Positions 1 through 8,222 of a stretch of 59,204 bases of DNA are shown piece by piece. The stretch lies in assembly GCA_964389615.1 (NCBI GenBank), contig CAYMDW010000003.1, positions 23,294 to 82,497 of the forward strand. Reading direction: 5' to 3'. Each line of letters starts with the position of its first letter. Position 1 is the stretch's first letter. The position numbers and the translations under genes were made by a program. The stretch comes from an uncultured Gammaproteobacteria bacterium. GTDB lineage: Bacteria; Pseudomonadota; Gammaproteobacteria; JABCZS01. The notes beneath the pieces are model-generated. The model did not search any database. It worked only from the letters and a program-made list of their open reading frames with translations, and was not told the origin of the DNA.

Positions 1-87
1 TTCGTCGCCCCATTGGCTGCCGAGTAATACGATATTTTTGGCCATGTTGTTTCTCCACTACATTGAGAGGTTGGGCTGTCATCCGCC

Positions 88-966
88 CTACCGCGCTTTA
101 TCAAAATAATTAAAAAATTCACTTTCAGGTGAAAGAATCAGAATATCTTCTTTTTTAGTAAAGGTTTCTTCGTAAGCCTGAAGGCTACGCATGAAGGCAT
201 AAAAATTAGGATCTTTATTGTAGGCTTTTCCGTAAAGTTCGGTCGCCTTGGCATCGGCCTCGCCCTGAATAATGCGAGCTTGGCTTTGCGCAGTCGCCAT
301 AATCACCACAGCCTCTTCATCGGCTTTCGCGCGAATTTCTTCGGAACTGCGTTCGCCGTCTGCACGGTGCCCCGCCGCGACTTGTTCACGTTCCGCGCGC
401 ATGCGCTCGTACACAGAACTGGAGACTTCGTCGGGCAAGTCAATGCGTTTAATCCGCACATCAATGACTTCGATGCCTAAAGATTCGGCGCTTTCATCGA
501 TTTGATGACGCAGCTCTTTCATGATGTTTTCACGGTTTTCGCTGACCACGCCCCTGATGGTAGAGCGACCAAACTGTGCGCGCAGGCCATCGGATACTTT
601 TTGTTCAAGCAGATCGTCGGCGCGAGAATAAATGCCGCCAGTCGCCTTATAAAAGGTTTCAAAATTACGAATGCGCCATTTCACGAAAGAATTCACGAGC
701 ACGTCTTTTTTCTCGATGGTGACGATACGCGAATCTTTGATGTCGAGGGTTTGAATCCGAGCATCAAGTTCAATCACGTTAGAAATAAAAGGCCACTTGA
801 AATGCAAGCCAGGGCCCATGACCTTAGCCGCGCCTTTGTCATCGCTGACCAATTTACCTAAAACAGTGACAAGGCCGCGCTCTGTTTCGTAGATCGTGAA
901 GACAGAAAATAGGCTGAGAAATAAAATAATCGGCAAGACGACAGTGAGTAAGGCTTTATGTTTCAT
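88..966 (-). CDS. hflC: HflC, FtsH protease modulator (SPFH domain)
   Basis: N-terminal TM then SPFH motifs (GLHFKWPF, IEVIDVRIKRIDLP, RMRAERE); downstream of hflK. Start moved to ATG 966 (MKHKALL). Confidence 0.96.
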   Translation of the reverse strand: MKHKALLTVVLPIILFLSLFSVFTIYETERGLVTVLGKLVSDDKGAAKVMGPGLHFKWPFISNVIELDARIQTLDIKDSRIVTIEKKDVLVNSFVKWRIRNFETFYKATGGIYSRADDLLEQKVSDGLRAQFGRSTIRGVVSENRENIMKELRHQIDESAESLGIEVIDVRIKRIDLPDEVSSSVYERMRAEREQVAAGHRADGERSSEEIRAKADEEAVVIMATAQSQARIIQGEADAKATELYGKAYNKDPNFYAFMRSLQAYEETFTKKEDILILSPESEFFNYFDKAR

Positions 967-976
967 GGCTGGATCC

Positions 977-2161
977 TCAAGGTCTGCTGTTACGATCGCG
1001 TGCGTTAGCCGCGGAATCCTGCTGCGCCGCAAGAGGCTCAGCAGGCTTCACGTGCTTGATCACGGGCGCTTGCAAAGGGTTGGGCGAGGCTTTGAGCTTT
1101 TCTGCTTCTTTCATGATTTGCTCAAGCGGAAGGTAAAAGACATTGTTGCCGCCCTTGGTGTCCACAATAATTTTGCTGGTATTTTTAAGGACCCGCTGCA
1201 TGCTGTCGAGGTACATGCGCTTGCGTGTGACCTCCGGTGCTTTTTTGTACTCTGGCAAAATACTTTCAAAGCGATCAACATCACCCGCAGCGCGGAGTTT
1301 GACTTCTTGAGCATTGGCACGCGCGTCCGCCAAAATACGTTCGGCATGACCCTGGGCAATCGGAACGATGCGTTCGCGGTAAGCCTGCGCCTGGTTGATC
1401 ATGCGTTGTTCGTCTTCTTGCGCTTTAATGGCGTCGTCAAAGGCTTCTTTGACTTCATTGGGCGCACGGGCCGGTTGCAAGGCGACGTCGGTGATCAGCA
1501 AACCAGACTTGTAGAGCGCGAGGGTGTCTTCCAGCTGCTTGCGAATTTCATCACGCACCTTGGCCCGCTGTTCAGTCAAAATGTCATCCAAGGTGGAAAC
1601 GCCAATCACCTGACGTAAAGCAGAATCCGTGGCTTCTTCGAGACTGTAAACGGGGTCAACCACATTCAACAAGAAATCAGGAAGATTACCGACGCGGTAT
1701 TGGACGGTCACTTCCACAAAGACAATATTTTCGTCTTTGGTGAGCATTAAATTACTGTGGCGCGAGGTATGCACCTCTTCCACATTGACCACTTGTTTGC
1801 TGCGAATAATCTGAGGAAGCCAATGAGGACCGGCCCCCACTTCTTTGACATAGCGGCCGAATTGGAAGACCGCCGCGCGTTCTGCCGGAGCGACGATGTA
1901 AAGACCTGAGAGTATATAAATACCCAAAAGGACGGCTGCAATGATCCGAAACCCTGGATTGAAGCCAGTGCCTGCAGGTGGGTTATTCGGTTGATTGGGC
2001 TTATTGCCAGAGCCGGAACCCCCTAAGAAATTTTTAAATTTGTTCTGGAGATCAAGCAAAAGCTTGTCCAAATCAGGCGGCTGCCCCCCCTGGCCAGGTT
2101 GTTTCCCACCTTGGCGCCACGGATCAGGTTGATTTCCGTTGCCGGGTTCATTCCATGCCAT
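977..2161 (-). CDS. hflK: HflK, FtsH protease modulator
   Basis: MAWNEPG N-terminus, PPDLD motif, SPFH domain, AFDDAIKAQED; hflX-hflK-hflC order. Confidence 0.97.
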   Translation of the reverse strand: MAWNEPGNGNQPDPWRQGGKQPGQGGQPPDLDKLLLDLQNKFKNFLGGSGSGNKPNQPNNPPAGTGFNPGFRIIAAVLLGIYILSGLYIVAPAERAAVFQFGRYVKEVGAGPHWLPQIIRSKQVVNVEEVHTSRHSNLMLTKDENIVFVEVTVQYRVGNLPDFLLNVVDPVYSLEEATDSALRQVIGVSTLDDILTEQRAKVRDEIRKQLEDTLALYKSGLLITDVALQPARAPNEVKEAFDDAIKAQEDEQRMINQAQAYRERIVPIAQGHAERILADARANAQEVKLRAAGDVDRFESILPEYKKAPEVTRKRMYLDSMQRVLKNTSKIIVDTKGGNNVFYLPLEQIMKEAEKLKASPNPLQAPVIKHVKPAEPLAAQQDSAANARDRNSRP

Positions 2162-2212
2162 AATTACCCCACTCTCGTCAGATCGGTCGAATCAAAAAAA
2201 CAGTCAATACTA

Positions 2213-3502
2213 TCACAACTCCGCACATTCCACACCCGTTTCCGAGAGGATCGCCCGCAAAAGAGGACGCCTCAGGGCGATTTCGAGTTTGCAACTGCCG
2301 TCATCTTCGGCGGTTTCTCGAATGACTGCCCCTTGCTCATACAGTGCGGAGCGTACCCCGCCGGCCCCAGGGGGAAGATGCAAGACGGTATGAATGATTT
2401 GTTCGCGAATATGGCTGCTGATCGCCTCAGAAAGCTGGTTAAGCCCCTCCCCGGTCGCCGCAGAAAGCCCAATACGCAAGGTTTTGCCTTTTTCGTCAAT
2501 AAAGGAATAGAGTTTAATCGAGGGGCTGGGAGGATTGGCGTCAATTTTATTAAAAATTTCAATCAAAGGAATCTTGTCCGCCCCGATTTCTGCCAACACA
2601 AGATTCACTTGTTCGATTTTTTGCAGGTACAGGGGATCAGAAGAATCAATGACATGCAGCAGTAAATTTGCACTCCGGGTTTCCTCGAGGGTGGCATTAA
2701 AGGCCTCAATCAAGGAGTGAGGTAAATGCCGAATAAACCCGACGGTATCGACCAGAGTGACAGACCCCAGATTGGGCAGCTCGATTTGGCGGGTCGTTGG
2801 GTCGAGGGTGGCAAAGAGTTGATCGGCCACGTAGACCTGATCTTCGGTTAACCGATTGAATAAAGTGGACTTCCCCGCATTGGTATAACCGACTAATGCG
2901 ACAGTGAACTGTCCATGATTGTCGCGCGATTTACGAGAAAGCGCCCGCTGTTGGCGCACTTTTTCCAGCCGAGCCTTTAAATGCTTGACCCTATCGCGCA
3001 ATAAACGGCGATCCGTCTCAAGCTGAGTTTCCCCAGGGCCGCGCAGACCAATCCCGCCCTTTTGGCGTTCAAGATGGGTCCAGCCACGAATAAGACGGGT
3101 CGACAAATGCGTCAACTGCGCTAATTCCACCTGAAGTTTTCCTTCGAAGGTGCGCGCGCGAGAAGCGAAAATATCAAGAATAAGGCCGGCCCTATCGCAG
3201 ACACGGACTTTGAGAAGTTTCTCAAGGTTTCGTTCTTGCGAGGGAGATAAGGCGTGATTGACGAGCACGAGCTCGATATCGAGTGCGTTGACGAGGGCTT
3301 GAATTTCTTCAGCCTTGCCAGAACCGATAAAATATTTGGGATCAGGAGCATCACGTTTGAGGCTCACGACCTCAACGACAATAGCACCGGCTGATTCGGC
3401 CAGTGCTACAAATTCGTCGAGATCTTCATTGCCCTCTTGTACATGTACAAAATGGCAATGAATTAACAGAGCACGCTCACCCGATTGGGGACGATCGAAC
3501 AA
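2213..3502 (-). CDS. hflX: Ribosome-splitting GTPase HflX
   Basis: GKLQVELAQL, GPGETQLETDRR, GYTNAGKS, DQLFATLDPT, DTVGFI motifs. Confidence 0.98.
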   Translation of the reverse strand: MFDRPQSGERALLIHCHFVHVQEGNEDLDEFVALAESAGAIVVEVVSLKRDAPDPKYFIGSGKAEEIQALVNALDIELVLVNHALSPSQERNLEKLLKVRVCDRAGLILDIFASRARTFEGKLQVELAQLTHLSTRLIRGWTHLERQKGGIGLRGPGETQLETDRRLLRDRVKHLKARLEKVRQQRALSRKSRDNHGQFTVALVGYTNAGKSTLFNRLTEDQVYVADQLFATLDPTTRQIELPNLGSVTLVDTVGFIRHLPHSLIEAFNATLEETRSANLLLHVIDSSDPLYLQKIEQVNLVLAEIGADKIPLIEIFNKIDANPPSPSIKLYSFIDEKGKTLRIGLSAATGEGLNQLSEAISSHIREQIIHTVLHLPPGAGGVRSALYEQGAVIRETAEDDGSCKLEIALRRPLLRAILSETGVECAEL

Positions 3503-3520
3503 TGGTCATGACCTCAGGTG

Positions 3521-3808
3521 CTAAAAGTTGCCAGGCAATTCTTCCTCGAAAGGCGGAGTTCCCATGCCTTCCGGTGAACCTGTCAGTGTAACCCCAGGCA
3601 TTTTCACATTGCGTGCTGGAACAACGGTTGAAATGGCGTGTTTATAGACCATTTGACTGACCGTGTTTTTGAGCAAAACAACAAATTGGTCGAACGACTC
3701 GACCTGTCCTTGAAGCTTAATACCGTTAACCAAGTAGATTGAAACGGGAACCTTCTCTTTACGTAGTGCATTGAGAAAAGGGTCTTGTAAGGTCTGCCCT
3801 TTCGACAT
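3521..3808 (-). CDS. hfq: RNA chaperone Hfq
   Basis: [18 protein letters not shown]...[14 protein letters not shown] 8 nt before ATG 3808. Confidence 0.98.
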   Translation of the reverse strand: MSKGQTLQDPFLNALRKEKVPVSIYLVNGIKLQGQVESFDQFVVLLKNTVSQMVYKHAISTVVPARNVKMPGVTLTGSPEGMGTPPFEEELPGNF

Positions 3809-3892
3809 AGCCATCACTCCCAAACTGTTTTATTTATAACGCCACGTGGCGCTCGGCTATAATACCATATTTAAATATTAATGCGAGAGTGC

Positions 3893-3924
3893 AAAAAAAC
3901 GCCCCCTCCTGAGTCAAAGAGGGC
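3893..3924 (-). terminator. Probable intrinsic terminator at the miaA 3' end
   Basis: Imperfect GC-rich hairpin (minus strand GCCCTCTTTGACTCAGGAGGGGGC) followed by G and a T7 run. Confidence 0.45.
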
Positions 3925-4783
3925 AGGTGCTTCGTGACCAGTTCCTCAGCCAGGTCATTTGACGCTTTGCCAACTGCCGAGTGGCGGCAATCGCTTTTTC
4001 GCGAAAAATATCAAAATCATAGGCGCCCGATAAATGCTCCCAAGCTTGGCGATACCCCACGGACCGCAGGGCTGGCAAATCCAGATGCAAATCGGGGCGC
4101 TGCATCAAGCCCCGAACCTCGTCCAAAAACCCTTGCGCCAGCATGGCATCAAAACGCTTGGCAATATTGGCATGCAACAGGGCCCTGTCCTCAGGCATGA
4201 GGCCGTAGATTTTGAGCGGATAAGGAAGAGCCTGCCCCGATTGTTCTTGGAGCTGTGACAAAGGAATGCCCGTCATTTCATAAACCTCGAGGGCTCGACC
4301 GATGCGTTGAGCATCGTTGGGTTTGAGACGTGCGGCCAGAGGGGGGTCGATAGATTGAAGCCGCTCATGCAGGGCTGGCCAGCCGAGCCCCCTGGCTTCT
4401 TCAGCAATCTGCTGTCTGATTTGGGGTGTGGAGACGGGCAAAGGGGAAAGTCCGTCTTGCAAGGCCTTAAAATACATCATGGTCCCCCCGACTAAGACCG
4501 GGGTTTTGCCAGCCTCAAAGGCTTTGTGAATTTCAATCAAAGCATCACGGCAAAAATCGGAGGCATTATAGGGGGTCGCGGGATCAGCAATATCGATCAA
4601 GGCATGGGGAAATTCCGCTAATTCTGCAGGGCTGGGCTTGGCCGAGCCTATATCAAGCCCCCGATAAACCTGGGTGGAATCAACGCTAATTAAAGACACG
4701 GGCTCACGCTGGGCCATTTCAATGGCCCGCGCAGTTTTGCCGGAGCAGGTCGGCCCCATGATGAATACGACGGTGTTTTGCAT
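3914..4783 (-). CDS. miaA: tRNA dimethylallyltransferase
   Basis: GPTCSGKT, ISVDSTQVYRGLDIGSAKP, VGGTMMYF, TRQLAKRQMTWLR. Start moved to ATG 4783. Confidence 0.97.
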   Translation of the reverse strand: MQNTVVFIMGPTCSGKTARAIEMAQREPVSLISVDSTQVYRGLDIGSAKPSPAELAEFPHALIDIADPATPYNASDFCRDALIEIHKAFEAGKTPVLVGGTMMYFKALQDGLSPLPVSTPQIRQQIAEEARGLGWPALHERLQSIDPPLAARLKPNDAQRIGRALEVYEMTGIPLSQLQEQSGQALPYPLKIYGLMPEDRALLHANIAKRFDAMLAQGFLDEVRGLMQRPDLHLDLPALRSVGYRQAWEHLSGAYDFDIFREKAIAATRQLAKRQMTWLRNWSRSTCPL

Positions 4784-4789
4784 GGGGGG

Positions 4790-4818
4790 ATCATACATTA
4801 AGTCAATTGACTTGTCAC
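4790..4818 (-). promoter_or_regulatory. Sigma70-like promoter of miaA (leaderless geometry)
   Basis: GTGACA-17 nt-TATGAT-6 nt-ATG on the minus strand. Confidence 0.6.
4800..4813. promoter_or_regulatory. Perfect 14-bp palindrome AAGTCAATTGACTT, candidate operator
   Basis: Exact palindrome; near-copy AAGTCAATGACTT at 11055-11067. Confidence 0.45.
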
Positions 4819-4820
4819 AT

Positions 4821-4867
4821 GTGTTATCCCGCCACTTGGAACATGTTTCATGGAGGCGGAATAACAC
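4821..4867. repeat. 47-nt imperfect inverted repeat between divergent miaA and orphan ORF
   Basis: GTGTTATCCCGCC / GGCGGAATAACAC arms (12 of 13 complementary) around an inner TGGAACATGTTTCA dyad. Confidence 0.6.
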
Positions 4868-4953
4868 TACGTTTACAACATTAACGGAAAAAATTGGCAC
4901 GCAATTTCTGATATAGTCTCAAACCTATCCTCTTTGGTATAAGGACATTTTTG

Positions 4954-6384
4954 ATGCTTAACTGGTTGCTCGGCACACACACTCAGATTTTTCCCAAAGG
5001 TTCCTCCTACACAGAAATTGGCTCAGGGGGGCTTCAAATTGAAAGTGATGGTCAAAAAGCCACCCTCATTCAGCTTGACGGTTATCAGGGAAACGAAACG
5101 GGACGCGCGATTCTGACAGTCTATGACAAGAATGATCTTTACCTTCTTGAAAATGAAATCGAAACAACCGAGCGAATTGAGCTCCCCTTGCTCAATACCT
5201 GGCAGGTATTAGATGGCACCGCCTATCAAAGGTACACAGGCTTTAGCAGGGTCCGTCTGGTTTACAGCCATGACTGTCAACTTGGTTTCTTTTGCGAAAT
5301 GGATCCCGGATTTAAATTCGATGAAATCCACGCCATTGCGCTCAGCGGACATGATTTTTTTAAAGAGCTATACACAGTCCAGCGGTTAAAAGCACACGCT
5401 CAAGAAGAACAGGCAGTCGCTGCTCTTCTGGCCTCAAAAGCTCACTTTCAAGTACTCGTTGACCATCACTCTTGTATTGCCTCCCTGGTTCGCGCAGGAG
5501 TATCGATAGAAAAAATGGTCAACATTTCTGCTCCAAACCTCAGTGTACTGTTAAGCAAATCCGAGCATCTCTACCCTGCATCGCAGTTTCTCAGCATCAA
5601 TCAATTAATCGGGGCAGATCGTACCCCTAAAGCCATCCCCGCTAAAAATAATTGGCCTAAGCTTAGTACTCGGGGTGTAGCACACATTCATACAGGAAAT
5701 GTCAGCATTGTTCAGACTGAAAATAGATACACGATTTCTTACACAAAAAACGGAAACACATTCGAGGCTGAATACCACGAATACACAGCCAACAACGACA
5801 AGGATAAAGCCGAGCTAGACGATCTTATTGTCACATCAAACAAACCGTATTCTCTTTTTCATGACTGGTACCATGCCAAATCTACAGAGGGCGATATTGC
5901 CTTCTATTACGCACCCGAATTGGGATGGGTCAGCCGAGTTAAACAAAGCGCGGGGTTCCAGGTGGCAGAGACTCATCAAGAAGACTATCGTCATCATTTT
6001 CGTTGCTTCCGCGAAAACAAATTTATTGCCTACCTGCAAATTGAAGGCATGACCAAAGAAGATTTTTTACAAATTCCGGGAATCAATCCCGTAAAAATCG
6101 AATTAATGTGCATGAATTTAGAGGCAGTGAAATTTCTAAAAACTCATGGCCTTCAGATCGCGGATTATGGAAACGTGGATGAAAATAGACTCGAGTATAT
6201 TTTTACGTATTTCAAAGAGGCCAAATCTGCTCTTGAATTCGTCGACGTATTTGATTTATTGGCCTTAAGAAGCACCAGTCCTTTGCTACGCGCCTATGGC
6301 ACAAGAACCAGACCCGCGATTGAAACTCAAGAGAGGCAAATTCCACTGGTCGAATCCCAGAGTCCTTCCTGCAATATCTTTTAA
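4954..6384 (+). CDS. Orphan protein (~476 aa), candidate effector with C-terminal CaaX-like CNIF
   Basis: Long ORF with AAGGA RBS; inserted antisense between mutL and miaA; no recognisable bacterial family. Confidence 0.8.
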   Translation: MLNWLLGTHTQIFPKGSSYTEIGSGGLQIESDGQKATLIQLDGYQGNETGRAILTVYDKNDLYLLENEIETTERIELPLLNTWQVLDGTAYQRYTGFSRVRLVYSHDCQLGFFCEMDPGFKFDEIHAIALSGHDFFKELYTVQRLKAHAQEEQAVAALLASKAHFQVLVDHHSCIASLVRAGVSIEKMVNISAPNLSVLLSKSEHLYPASQFLSINQLIGADRTPKAIPAKNNWPKLSTRGVAHIHTGNVSIVQTENRYTISYTKNGNTFEAEYHEYTANNDKDKAELDDLIVTSNKPYSLFHDWYHAKSTEGDIAFYYAPELGWVSRVKQSAGFQVAETHQEDYRHHFRCFRENKFIAYLQIEGMTKEDFLQIPGINPVKIELMCMNLEAVKFLKTHGLQIADYGNVDENRLEYIFTYFKEAKSALEFVDVFDLLALRSTSPLLRAYGTRTRPAIETQERQIPLVESQSPSCNIF

Positions 6385-6402
6385 AGCCATCGCTATCCGC
6401 TG

Positions 6403-6427
6403 GCCCCATGATGCAATGTCGTGGGGC
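6403..6427. terminator. Hairpin between convergent orphan ORF and mutL
   Basis: GCCCCATGA-7 nt-TCGTGGGGC stem (one G-U pair). Confidence 0.45.
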
Positions 6428-6442
6428 TAATTTAGAGGTTCG

Positions 6443-8050
6443 TTAAATCAACATCTCAGGAACATAATCTTTAGAAGAGATCAGATCCTTGGAAAGACTA
6501 TGCACACTTTCCAGCATCCGCTCGATGTCTCGATAATTTAACGATTGCTGGAGTGCCCAAGCTTCGGTAAGTGAACGAAATACCGTTTCGAGGGGTTGTT
6601 GTAACAGCATGGGTGTGATCGCCTCCTCAGGCAAACCTCGAAGAAAACGAGGCATCTCTCGAAGGGTTAAATGATTGGGGCCGATGATTTGTGCATAAAA
6701 TCCGAGTTGATTTAATTTTTGTGCAAAATGTTCGGCTTGGGCATGGATCAATTGAATGGGGGTTAGTAAAGGGACCTTGGGTTTTTCTGCTTGATTTAAA
6801 TAATGCGTCCACTGCGCCTGCAGAAAATTTTGCAGGGTTTTGATCCAGTTGATCGCCCGTAACATAGAATTGTCTTGCATGATGATGACGCGTTTGTCGA
6901 GGACGGTGAGGACGCGGCCCAGGGGATGAGTTGTGACAACCCCCGACCGGGGTACCGGTCTGCCCCCTTCAAAGGGGACGGGCTCATCACGAGGTGGTCG
7001 CTCGATTGGGCGAAGGGACTGAGTAGGGACCTTTGCTGGCCCGACAGTGGGTGCGGCCACAATCGGATTCAACACCTTGTGCAAGGCACTGAAAATAAAA
7101 TCATGCACGGTGCGTGCCTCACGAAAACGCACCTCATGCTTGGTCGGATGAACGTTCACATCGACTGCACTGTGATCACAATTCAAATGAAGGACATAAG
7201 CCGGATAACGCCCGGGATAAATTTTATCTTCAAAGGCCATGCGAATGGCATGACTGAGCATTTTATCGCGCACCATGCGACCGTTCACATAACAAAATTG
7301 AAGATCATTACTCGAGCGCGCGGCACTGAGATCGCCCAGCCAACCCTCCAATCGAAAGGCAGATATCGAATCGTCCACACGCAAGGCTCCTTGCATAAAC
7401 GATTTACTGAGCACCTGCTCGATACGCAAGACAGGATCTTGTGCGACGCGGACGAAACGTTTCACTAGCTTTCCCTCATGAAACAAAGAAAAACCGACAT
7501 CGGGCCGAGCCAAGGCCATCCGTTTGATCATTTCTTCAATATGAAGAAATTCTGTCCGATCACTTTTCATGAATTTACGCCGCGCAGGCGTATTGAAAAA
7601 AATATCAGCAACTTCAACCGTCGTGCCGCGTGGATGTGCCGCAGGGGAAATGGTGAGACTCATGTCCCGCCCTTGCGCGGAGGCACAGAGTGCATCATGG
7701 CTGTCGTGTTGTGAGGTGATCGTCACGCGAGCGATCGAAGCGATACTCGCCAAGGCTTCTCCACGAAAACCTAAGGTCCCGATTTGGGCCAGATCTGCAG
7801 GGTGAAGAATTTTGCTGGTGGCATGGCGTGCAAAGGCAAGTGAAAGATCTTCGGGATGAATGCCCAGCCCATTGTCCTGAATGCGGATCAATTCACGCCC
7901 ACCCCCGAGTAAATGGATATCGAGTTGCGTGGCGCCGGCATCTAAACTATTTTCGAGTAATTCTTTGACCACCGAAGCGGGACGTTCGACGACCTCGCCT
8001 GCAGCAATTTGATTGGCCAATAGAGGGGGGAGCAGCTGTATTCGAGACAT
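6443..8050 (-). CDS. mutL: DNA mismatch repair protein MutL
   Basis: NQIAAGEVVERPASVVKELLENSLDAGA, TLGFRGEALASI, VDVNVHPTKHEVRF. Start moved to ATG 8050. Confidence 0.97.
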   Translation of the reverse strand: MSRIQLLPPLLANQIAAGEVVERPASVVKELLENSLDAGATQLDIHLLGGGRELIRIQDNGLGIHPEDLSLAFARHATSKILHPADLAQIGTLGFRGEALASIASIARVTITSQHDSHDALCASAQGRDMSLTISPAAHPRGTTVEVADIFFNTPARRKFMKSDRTEFLHIEEMIKRMALARPDVGFSLFHEGKLVKRFVRVAQDPVLRIEQVLSKSFMQGALRVDDSISAFRLEGWLGDLSAARSSNDLQFCYVNGRMVRDKMLSHAIRMAFEDKIYPGRYPAYVLHLNCDHSAVDVNVHPTKHEVRFREARTVHDFIFSALHKVLNPIVAAPTVGPAKVPTQSLRPIERPPRDEPVPFEGGRPVPRSGVVTTHPLGRVLTVLDKRVIIMQDNSMLRAINWIKTLQNFLQAQWTHYLNQAEKPKVPLLTPIQLIHAQAEHFAQKLNQLGFYAQIIGPNHLTLREMPRFLRGLPEEAITPMLLQQPLETVFRSLTEAWALQQSLNYRDIERMLESVHSLSKDLISSKDYVPEMLI

Positions 8051-8063
8051 TGCAGTCCTTTTA

Positions 8064-8192
8064 TTCGTAGGGGCTAATACGGATGCGTACTCGCATCCAA
8101 TTAGCCCGCGCGCAGCGTTGAACAATCTTTTACAAGCTCTGCGAGCTTGCGGGCTAATTGGCTGGAGTACCAGCCGTATTAGCCCCTACGAA
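8064..8192. repeat. REPIN-like doublet of two inverted GTAG-type REP hairpins
   Basis: Units at 8067-8109 (+) and 8149-8189 (-); 19-bp perfect outer inverted repeat TTCGTAGGGGCTAATACGG; each unit folds independently. Confidence 0.8.
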
Positions 8193-8222
8193 GCAGCGCT
8201 TCGTGAAAATACTAGCACAGGT

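Noticed and set aside
3840..3851. 12-bp palindrome CGCCACGTGGCG upstream of hfq
   Set aside because: Single short GC-rich dyad with no second copy seen; could be chance or a small UTR hairpin.
6419..6431. TCGTGGGGCTAAT resembles the REP 5' end (TCGTAGGGGCTAAT)
   Set aside because: Lacks GTAG, the inner stem and the return arm; explained as the arm of the local hairpin.
8064..8192. Possible CRISPR array (palindromic repeats with a spacer)
   Set aside because: Only two units, inverted rather than direct, other copies are solitary, and there are no cas genes.
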